From a virus (Duplodnaviria > Caudoviricetes), in the IMG/VR virus record IMGVR_UViG_3300046734_001067, positions 1 through 43,771 of that record: DNA of 43,771 nt, one strand, 5' to 3'. The number at the start of each line of letters is the position of its first letter. The first letter of the stretch is position 1. Made by a program: the position numbers and the translations under genes. Positions 36,215 to 43,771 of this stretch are shown piece after piece. The notes under the pieces were generated by a model, which made no database searches, was not told where the DNA came from, and worked only from the letters and a program-made list of their open reading frames with translations.

Positions 36215-37981
36215 TTATAAGTTTAGTGACCACCCTTTATTGGTTGCGATGAGTTTATCAGCGGCCGTTAAATCGGCTGTAAAAGAGTTATCTCTCAAAT
36301 CTAGTGTTGCTGAATGAGTAATTGTAACTAAGTGATTAAAAATTTCAAGTATAGCATCTCTGTTTAAAGGGCAATAACGTAATGCCACACTATACTTGAA
36401 ACCAGTTTCATCTGTTGCTCCGCCAGGAAATTTAATATAATTTATATTTCTAGCAACGCCGAATGTATTACTGTAATCTCCAGAATCATTAGCATAAGAG
36501 AAATCTATACCTTCGATGTATTGCAAAGAAGTGGCATTATAAAAGCATTGATAATATTCTCCATCACTTGGTCCAGCATTCATACCCACGAATTTTACTG
36601 ATATTAAAGATTCACAGTTATAAAATGTTCTATATAGTGAACTGCTATATGTTAAATTGTTCACATGAATTGGAGGAAGTTCTTTTAAACTGGACATCCC
36701 GTTAAAAGAGTCTCGTAGGTCTCCACAATTCGTAAAATCTAAATGCGTATATTGGGAATCAAATCTTTCAATCTGTGTTGAACCTTGAAATATAGCTGTC
36801 GCATTATTGGCCCTTGTAAATTGACCCAAATAAGGAAATACTTTCAATGAATCGAAATTATAAAACGCATAAGTCATATCAAAATTAGATGTTCGTGCGA
36901 TAGCGTTAAAACCTCCTTGTTCTGTTAAAACTGAAAAATCATAACATTCTCTTAAATTAGCAAACGTTCTATCAATGCCTGCGCTACTCATTCTGCTAAT
37001 ATCTACACCTTGTGGTATTGCTCTTAAATCTAAGCAATTAAAAAACATATAATCTATGCGTGTATCGGCAGTATTTCGTATTCCAATGTATGGTATGTGT
37101 CTTAAATTTCTACAATCACCAAATGCGATATAAAAGCTACTACAAGATGTAAGCATTCCACTTCCAAACAAACCTTCTGGCATATACCTAAGTGCATAGC
37201 AATAACGAAAAGTCTCTTGCATTATACTTGGATTTTTAAACCAATATCTATCAGTGCTAGCAAAATCATCTGGTAAAAAGGTTAAGGCGTGGCAATCATA
37301 AAACGCCCTTGTGTATGATTCAGACCCACCATTTCGAATATAAGGTACAAAGGGTATTGATCTTAAAGAGCGACAGCCAGAGTAAAGCCTTTCTGGGTTT
37401 ATCAATCTATTGCTTGAAGTATTTCTAATTTCAATTTGCTCGACCATTCTCATTGGTCGATTATAATTTATTTGATGAGTCGTAGCGTTTGAACTACTCA
37501 CAAACAAATCTAAAATATTTGGACCAGTTCTATACACATAAGAAGCATTGGTAACATATGGACCTTCGACATCAAAATTAATTTGACCACTAGAAGTACC
37601 AAAAACTACCCCATCGCCTAAAGTAACTTCGAATACGGCTTGCCTATATCCTCTAAATTCAGTACTAACTGGCAAATCATCATAATCATATACGTGATAA
37701 TGGGTAACATTAGAGGCAAGAGTTTCAACATTGCCATCACCCCAATCTACCGTATAAGAAGAACTGTCATCGGTATCTAAATTAAAAACTACATAATTTT
37801 GTGCAGCTCTTTCATTAGGGAATACCGCGACCAAACCAATAATCTTTTCTGGCACACCATCTGGCACATTTAAATCAAGCCATTCGGTTGGTCGAACCCA
37901 CTGATCATTTATATCAAATACTGCATCAGTAGGTAAAATATTCGGAACATTGCCTGGAGATAAACTAGGTAAAAAACTCAT
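36215..37981 (-). CDS. PKD-like plus LRR (BspA/DUF285-like) surface protein
   Basis: WVRPTEWL, YTVDWGDG, repeated F..C..L..IP units. Confidence 0.8.
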   Translation of the reverse strand: MSFLPSLSPGNVPNILPTDAVFDINDQWVRPTEWLDLNVPDGVPEKIIGLVAVFPNERAAQNYVVFNLDTDDSSSYTVDWGDGNVETLASNVTHYHVYDYDDLPVSTEFRGYRQAVFEVTLGDGVVFGTSSGQINFDVEGPYVTNASYVYRTGPNILDLFVSSSNATTHQINYNRPMRMVEQIEIRNTSSNRLINPERLYSGCRSLRSIPFVPYIRNGGSESYTRAFYDCHALTFLPDDFASTDRYWFKNPSIMQETFRYCYALRYMPEGLFGSGMLTSCSSFYIAFGDCRNLRHIPYIGIRNTADTRIDYMFFNCLDLRAIPQGVDISRMSSAGIDRTFANLRECYDFSVLTEQGGFNAIARTSNFDMTYAFYNFDSLKVFPYLGQFTRANNATAIFQGSTQIERFDSQYTHLDFTNCGDLRDSFNGMSSLKELPPIHVNNLTYSSSLYRTFYNCESLISVKFVGMNAGPSDGEYYQCFYNATSLQYIEGIDFSYANDSGDYSNTFGVARNINYIKFPGGATDETGFKYSVALRYCPLNRDAILEIFNHLVTITHSATLDLRDNSFTADLTAADKLIATNKGWSLNL

Positions 37982-40900
37982 ACTACGTTACCTCCTAAGA
38001 ATGCGTATTCTGGTGATTTGAAAATGATTTGGGCCTGACCATAAATGCCAGCTATTTGATTTGCGGAATTGAAAGAATTGAAGCCAGAAATTCCAGCGCC
38101 AGTTGCAAAAACAACACTGTTGGATGTTTCAGCAATAAAAGTCGTTGTATGTCCAGAAACTTGAGCTGGTATAGTTACTGTCATTGGGGCTGAATTTTGG
38201 AGAAGTACTGTAGCTCCTCTGTGTGTAGACCCCATGGTAAAACTACCAGTCTCTGTAACAAATGAATTTTCTGATAGAGATATTTTACCAAAGGATTTAG
38301 TGCCACTTATTGTTTGATCTCCAGTTGTGTGAACAACATTTTCAACTGTTCCGCCGCCACCCTCGCCGCTCAAAAGAACGCCAGTTCCATTCACTGTTGG
38401 GCGGTTGCTGAATGATGAATCACCAGATACTGAAAGATCTTGATTTATTGTAAAGTTGTAATTAGCATCAACGTTTCCATCGTTTCTAATACTGATTGCT
38501 TCTATTGACGCGCAATACAGTCCAAGGTCAGAGTTTCGTGTTGAACCTTGTTCCATTCCCTTTGTACTGCCTCTATTTCCTCTGATACCAACGCTATAGT
38601 CAGCTCTTAAGTGACCAGCATCTAAAAATAAGTCATTTACTCCAAATCTAAATTGTGTGTTATTGTTATTGTTTTTAATAACTCCATTTTGTTGGAGCAT
38701 TAAGTTGCCACTAACTTCTAACTTTTCGCTTGGTGTTGTAGTGCCTATACCAACATTACCATTTGCCTCGATGTTAACAAGTGTATCACCACCATTAGCA
38801 ACAGTAAGCACTTTTCTATTGGAGACGCCACCATCTAAACTATTATTAGGGTCAGTAGCACTACTTGACTTAAATGTTTCAAAGTGAATAATGCCAAATC
38901 TATTGGTCTGTGTGGTGTCTTGGCTCGATGGCACGAGTCCTCTAAAGTTCATTGAGTAGATGTAACCATTACCATAATTACTATCCTTATACCCATAAAA
39001 GGATGGGGCAAAGTTAGAGTTGGCAGATGTGCCATTTGATATTCCAAACTGATCGTTACCAGCATCTGAAACAGTAGCTTTCATTAAAACTTCTCTAGTC
39101 GCGGACTGGCTTGTGGCTTCTAAGTGCAATAACTCATCTGGTGTTGTAGTACCTATACCCACGCCATTATCTGTAAATCTAGCTATTTCGTTATTGTTAG
39201 CCCCAATAACCACAGGTATGTCGGTTCTTGTCCCAATTACAATACCATTTAAATCATCTGACCCGCCATGTGTAAGTTCGACCCAATCCGCTAAAGATAG
39301 TCCATATCTCGATGTTGTCCTGTTTGCTCCGTGTAAGAAATAATACCCATCAGCAGTAGCGGAATGAAAATTTATTCCTGCGCTGGAATTTACACCAGCA
39401 TTGCTATTCTCTATCTTTATGTTTGTTGCCGCATTTTGGTTACGATTAATGTGCAATAATTGATCTGGCGTTGCAGTGCCTATACCTACACCAGAATCTG
39501 TAACTCTAAGTCTTTCGATTTGGTTTGTTGCTATTGCGATGCTGTTATTTGCTGGTCTATATATAGAGTTAGAAATAGCTGGGGTAGACTGATTAGTTGT
39601 AAAAGCTAAAGCATCTTCAAAATAGCCTTTGCCTGCAACGTGTAGTTTTACTAAGGGTGTAGCTGTACCTATACCTACATTACCATTAGATCTTATTATC
39701 ATGCTAGACCCAGTCCCGTTAGAGCCTTTATTGAAAAATTGTAAAGCTGCATTTCCATCTGAACCGTCTCTGCGGGCGTAAATTCTTGCGTTGGCATTGC
39801 TTTCAAACGTATTATCAGAAAGGGCAAAAACAATACCTCCACCAAAACCATCAGTCATATTAGCGCTGGTCTTGGTTATCAATTTCATAGCCGAGGCTAT
39901 GCCGTTAACGCTATCAAAGCTTCCACCTGCGGTACTTGTTTCCCTAGTAAAGCCTAATACTGGATAAGATGAAGACACCGCTTCAATTTGTTTTGCGGTT
40001 GTTTTGCCATTTGAGTCTATAATAAGAGAATCTCCTGGCGCACTAGATTCTATTTGGAATACATTTACGCCTGCATTATGATCCCTAACTCTGAAAGTAT
40101 CAGCAGTATTGACACCTATCTTCCATTCTTGATTAGAGTTTTTAAACGCAAAGCCAGCCGCACCTGTTGCTGCTGTATTTTCAACTATTGGTTCTATGTA
40201 GCTATTTTGTGCAGAACCCGCGATGTGCAATTTACCAGATGGTGTATCCGTGCCAATGCCTACGTTACCATCGGAATTAATCACAGAAAGCGCTGTTCCA
40301 TTTACTTTCCACTCTTGCAAGTTAGCGGTTTGTCCAACGGCACCATCTACTGTTATACCTTTAATGGATGCTGATGGGACATGCATATAAAGTTGCGAAT
40401 CTGTTACACCATCCGCCCAAGCGGCATTAAGTGTCATTTGACCATTATGAAATAACTGTAAAGCTTCGCTGGATGCTGCTGTTGCTCTACCACCACCACC
40501 TTGAACCGCAAACAATAAATCATTTGATGAACCACCCCAGTTTCTCATGACAAAAGCATTGTCATTATCTTGTATGCCAAAGAAAGCTAGTTCCGTTTCA
40601 GAACCGTCAGCACCTTCATCAAAATATATACGTGGACTACGTGGGCCTTTAATTGCTATACCGTGAAAATCTGTATTACCGCGAACAACTAAAGGTGTTC
40701 CATCAGCATCTGGATTATTTGTATTAACTAATACGTTTCCATTTACAGATAATGGTGCAGCAGGGTTAGTTTGGCCTATACCAACATTGCCATTCCCAGC
40801 AAATCTGACGCTTTCTGATACTGTGCTTGCATCTGTTGTGTATAAGGATATGCCGTAGTCATTTGAACCCTCACCTTCGTGTCTAATTAAGGTTCTCTTG

Positions 40901-41712
40901 GAAAGATTCCCGTCTGTGACCATTTCAAGACCAGGGAATCCGTTATCTGTTGTGCCTATCAGACTTACTCTACTGCCATATTGAACGCCATCATCATGTA
41001 ATTTTATAGAGCGGGTTGGCGAATAAGCGGGGGTCGAGCCAATTTTTAAATTGCCGCCAAGTTCTGCGTTTCCAGCAACGTCGAGAGCGTCAACAGCCGC
41101 ATCTTGTCCAGAAACCAAAAACAATCCAGTTTCAGAATTTTGCACATAAGAAGATAAATCCACCCCAGTTATAAAACCACTTGGATTTGAAGAGGCGTAA
41201 AATTGTCCAGTTTGAGACTCAGATATGAAAGAACCCGTTTCTGATTTTAACGCAAAAGATCCAGTACTATTTACTATTTCTGCTATCTCTGAATCGTTTG
41301 ATGAAACTTGACCTTGCAAAGATCCGCTCAAACCAGTTACAAATTCTTCGGTTGTATAGGCGGATAGATCTACTCCAGTTATATAGCCGCTGGGGTTAGA
41401 TTTTGCATAAAACGAATTAGTAGCTAACGTATTATAATCACCAGTTGCGGTGTTTATTCTTGAATTTATCTGATTTTCTGTTAAGAAGTCGGATATTTCT
41501 GGGGGCCTAACAACGTCTCCTGTAACATAATTACTGTAATTGCCCGTTATTGTTATTGGGTCACCAGTACTAACCGTTATTGTAGCAGAGTTGCCGCTTG
41601 TGGTTGTTACTTCTACCGCACTTGAGCCAGATATTGTTACAGCGTCACTTAGCGCCTGCGCTAATATAACTGAAGTAGAATCTTCGCCAGAAACTGTTAC
41701 AGATATGCTCAT
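37978..41712 (-). CDS. long tail fibre-like protein
   Basis: Six G(N/S)(V/G)..GIG(T/Q)xxP repeats, duplicated SNPSG(Y/F)ITGVDLS, TTGDQTISGTKSF. Confidence 0.85.
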   Translation of the reverse strand: MSISVTVSGEDSTSVILAQALSDAVTISGSSAVEVTTTSGNSATITVSTGDPITITGNYSNYVTGDVVRPPEISDFLTENQINSRINTATGDYNTLATNSFYAKSNPSGYITGVDLSAYTTEEFVTGLSGSLQGQVSSNDSEIAEIVNSTGSFALKSETGSFISESQTGQFYASSNPSGFITGVDLSSYVQNSETGLFLVSGQDAAVDALDVAGNAELGGNLKIGSTPAYSPTRSIKLHDDGVQYGSRVSLIGTTDNGFPGLEMVTDGNLSKRTLIRHEGEGSNDYGISLYTTDASTVSESVRFAGNGNVGIGQTNPAAPLSVNGNVLVNTNNPDADGTPLVVRGNTDFHGIAIKGPRSPRIYFDEGADGSETELAFFGIQDNDNAFVMRNWGGSSNDLLFAVQGGGGRATAASSEALQLFHNGQMTLNAAWADGVTDSQLYMHVPSASIKGITVDGAVGQTANLQEWKVNGTALSVINSDGNVGIGTDTPSGKLHIAGSAQNSYIEPIVENTAATGAAGFAFKNSNQEWKIGVNTADTFRVRDHNAGVNVFQIESSAPGDSLIIDSNGKTTAKQIEAVSSSYPVLGFTRETSTAGGSFDSVNGIASAMKLITKTSANMTDGFGGGIVFALSDNTFESNANARIYARRDGSDGNAALQFFNKGSNGTGSSMIIRSNGNVGIGTATPLVKLHVAGKGYFEDALAFTTNQSTPAISNSIYRPANNSIAIATNQIERLRVTDSGVGIGTATPDQLLHINRNQNAATNIKIENSNAGVNSSAGINFHSATADGYYFLHGANRTTSRYGLSLADWVELTHGGSDDLNGIVIGTRTDIPVVIGANNNEIARFTDNGVGIGTTTPDELLHLEATSQSATREVLMKATVSDAGNDQFGISNGTSANSNFAPSFYGYKDSNYGNGYIYSMNFRGLVPSSQDTTQTNRFGIIHFETFKSSSATDPNNSLDGGVSNRKVLTVANGGDTLVNIEANGNVGIGTTTPSEKLEVSGNLMLQQNGVIKNNNNNTQFRFGVNDLFLDAGHLRADYSVGIRGNRGSTKGMEQGSTRNSDLGLYCASIEAISIRNDGNVDANYNFTINQDLSVSGDSSFSNRPTVNGTGVLLSGEGGGGTVENVVHTTGDQTISGTKSFGKISLSENSFVTETGSFTMGSTHRGATVLLQNSAPMTVTIPAQVSGHTTTFIAETSNSVVFATGAGISGFNSFNSANQIAGIYGQAQIIFKSPEYAFLGGNVV

Positions 41713-42047
41713 GCTGTTTCATTTTCAATAATAGACACGGAGCCTTTTAAAAGTTTTTCGGAGGTTCCATCGGTTTTATCTACAAATAGATCGTAAGAGC
41801 TATTTGCGGTAGATAGCGCCGAGGTTTGAGTTTTTGTAAGAGAAAGAGTAGCTACTCCATTTGTGGCGTCTCCAACCACAGTAGTAGTAAAATCTGCTTG
41901 TAGATTATTAGAGCTATCTATTCTGATTTGAGAAACTAAGGTCGCATTAGAAAGATCATAAGCGCTTCCGTCTTCATTTTTTATAGTTAGAGTAATTGAA
42001 AAAGTAGCTCTTTTTTCGATTATTATATTGTGTACTCCTGCTGCCAT
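41709..42047 (-). CDS. small virion adaptor-like protein (BppU/LtfC-like Ig fold)
   Basis: IIEKRATF..YDLSNATLVSQIR..LSLTKTQTSAL..YDL..LLKGSV; GTGTAA 8 nt upstream. Confidence 0.7.
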   Translation of the reverse strand: MAAGVHNIIIEKRATFSITLTIKNEDGSAYDLSNATLVSQIRIDSSNNLQADFTTTVVGDATNGVATLSLTKTQTSALSTANSSYDLFVDKTDGTSEKLLKGSVSIIENETA

Positions 42048-42055
42048 AGAGGTAT

Positions 42056-42061
42056 TTACAC
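42056..42061 (-). promoter_or_regulatory. GTGTAA upstream element
   Basis: GTGTAA, 8 nt, ATG 42047. Confidence 0.75.
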
Positions 42062-42065
42062 ATTT

Positions 42066-42803
42066 TTACAATAACATTCCCTCAAAAACGCAGTGGACAT
42101 GCATATTGTTGTTTGTCGAAGAAACTACTTGAAACATTACATCGCTGCCGCCCGCTATAGGAAGAGGCATGTCAAAATTTATCACAGAAGGGGAATGGTT
42201 AGAAAGCGCTACAATTTCTTGAGTTCTAAAAACAGAATCTTTAAGCCTAACAACTAATTTTATTGTAAGGTTGGCGTTTGAATTTGTAGTTTTTGCATCG
42301 CAAGAAACGTGATATGAAGACAAGTTAAACTGCCTGTTAATTGGCACTGTATATATGGCCTGCATTGTTTGATTGTGGCCATTTTCAATTATACTTTTGA
42401 CTGTATTTGGCGTGTCTGGCTCTCCGTTTGTATTCGCTCCATTTGTGTAAACAAATATATTGCCAGCAACATCATTGGTGTCATCATTAAAAACCCTATT
42501 GATTCTTGACCATTTTCCATCTAGTGTTATGCGGGTTTGACCCTGCATAAGCACGGTCTGCTCCTTTTCTTCAAAATTTTCATCTAATCCTTGAATTCTG
42601 ATTGGCATGGTATCTAGCGCATTATTGCTAGAGATGTACATTGTTTCTCCAAGATTATTGGGAAAAACATAATCTCCAGCAACATCTGCATAACTCCAGA
42701 TAGCTTCGTTTGAGGTAGACGAATTTACATCCTCATGTGTTCCAAATTTCCTGACAAACTTGCCAGTTTTTCTTTGTATGTCCGCTAAGTGAAATGAAGC
42801 CAT
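42066..42803 (-). CDS. conserved phage protein, probably virion structural
   Basis: KFG..EAIW..IQGLDENF..QTMQAIYTVP; beta-rich. Confidence 0.7.
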   Translation of the reverse strand: MASFHLADIQRKTGKFVRKFGTHEDVNSSTSNEAIWSYADVAGDYVFPNNLGETMYISSNNALDTMPIRIQGLDENFEEKEQTVLMQGQTRITLDGKWSRINRVFNDDTNDVAGNIFVYTNGANTNGEPDTPNTVKSIIENGHNQTMQAIYTVPINRQFNLSSYHVSCDAKTTNSNANLTIKLVVRLKDSVFRTQEIVALSNHSPSVINFDMPLPIAGGSDVMFQVVSSTNNNMHVHCVFEGMLL

Positions 42804-42811
42804 ACATTACT

Positions 42812-42817
42812 TTACAC
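42812..42817 (-). promoter_or_regulatory. GTGTAA upstream element
   Basis: GTGTAA, 8 nt, ATG 42803; directly after the nrdA stop. Confidence 0.75.
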
Positions 42818-43771
42818 TTAACCAGAGCAAGATGAACATTCTAGCAAATTCCTGCTTAGCTCTTGAGATGGGTTTGTACCTCTTTGATAATAAAGGCTTT
42901 TAACTCCCTGTTCCCAGGCGAAAATCATCAGTTGGCTGACGTCTTTAGGAGACGACTTGGGATGAACCATAATATTGAGACTTTGAGACTGGTCGATAAA
43001 TTTTTGGCGCTGAGCCGCTTGGATAATCACTTCTTTTTGGCTGATTTCTCCAAAGGTCTTATAAACCGATTTTTCTTCGTCAGAAAGAAATTTAAGGTGT
43101 TGAACTGATCCCCCTTTAACCAAAATGCTTTTCCATGTTGTCGCATCATTTTTTTCATATTTTTCTAGAACTTTTTCGAGATATGGGTTTTTGTAGGTAA
43201 ATTTACCCTTAGCTAGATCTTTTACAAAGTAGTTTGAATTCAGCGGTTCAATGCTTGGAGAGACTTGGCCAAGGATGAAGGAGCTTGATGTAGTCGGCGC
43301 TATAGCCATGGTAGTCACATTTCTTAAGCCATATCCTTTTAATACTTCTGGCTCTCCATATACTTGAGCCATTTGTTTAGAAGCGTTCTGTGTCTTTTCA
43401 TAGATAAGTTTATGTATCTCAGAATTAAGAAATTTGGCCTGCATTGATTCAAAAGCTATATTTTTAGATTGAAGCAAAGAGTGCCAGCCGAGAACACCAA
43501 TACCAAGAGCTCTTTGTTTTTCAGCGAATTTTGCTGGAGCATCCATAAATGGTATTTTTTTACATTTTTGTATAAATTCTGTCATGACTGCATCTAGAAA
43601 CATAGTTAGAGTTTCTGGAGCGTCAGTCTCTTTCCATTGGTCATATTCAACCAAATTCATAGAAGAAAGGTTGCATACAAAAGATTCATCTGGATTTGAG
43701 TGAAGCGCAATTTCAGAGCAAAGATTACTTGCGTGGATTTTTAATCCCTTATCTTTGTAGACTTGCGGAGC
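42818..43771 (-). CDS. nrdA: ribonucleotide reductase class I alpha subunit, 5' partial
   Basis: Frame open to the window edge: SNLCSEI, FVCNLSS, RALGIG, AIAPTTSSS, IDQSQSLN, KSLYY, C-terminal CSSC. Confidence 0.95.
   Translation of the reverse strand, partial: APQVYKDKGLKIHASNLCSEIALHSNPDESFVCNLSSMNLVEYDQWKETDAPETLTMFLDAVMTEFIQKCKKIPFMDAPAKFAEKQRALGIGVLGWHSLLQSKNIAFESMQAKFLNSEIHKLIYEKTQNASKQMAQVYGEPEVLKGYGLRNVTTMAIAPTTSSSFILGQVSPSIEPLNSNYFVKDLAKGKFTYKNPYLEKVLEKYEKNDATTWKSILVKGGSVQHLKFLSDEEKSVYKTFGEISQKEVIIQAAQRQKFIDQSQSLNIMVHPKSSPKDVSQLMIFAWEQGVKSLYYQRGTNPSQELSRNLLECSSCSG

Noticed and set aside
536-43108. Numerous 60-115 aa antisense or alternative-frame ORFs in the track
   Set aside because: Shadow ORFs overlapping well-supported genes, with no motifs
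1-43771. Bacterial chromosome or alternative genetic code
   Set aside because: Divergent replisome genes mixed with tail genes and minimal intergenic space indicate a phage; the standard code gives full coding density with TAA, TAG and TGA all used as stops

Overview
A 43.8 kb, AT-rich and very gene-dense segment of a large tailed dsDNA phage (Caudoviricetes). Almost all genes are on the minus strand. The exception is a plus-strand lambda-like tail-tip operon (L, K/JAB, I, J and one more gene; 5586-13574). The window carries a near-complete replisome and recombination set: DnaE split into PHP, DEDDh exonuclease and catalytic genes, plus primase, DnaB, RecA, a RecB-family nuclease and a probable SSAP. 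It also has nucleotide-metabolism genes (thyX, nrdA), many glycan-related genes (gmd, NeuA-like, WavE-like, GT4, split GT9, sulfotransferase, SemiSWEET), tail fibre and LRR surface proteins, and a one-ring ClpA/C-like ATPase. Most notable: (i) a conserved GTGTAA element usually exactly 8 nt before the ATG of nine mostly virion genes, alongside leaderless sigma70-type promoters on other genes; (ii) tandem fixed-cap, variable-module BspA-LRR paralogs with near-identical DNA blocks in different registers; (iii) a truncated Clp ATPase ending in an IGF motif; (iv) a small protein that suggests a Verrucomicrobia/PVC host. All family assignments come from motif recognition by eye, not from database searches. 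No tRNA, rRNA, CRISPR array or transposase was seen.
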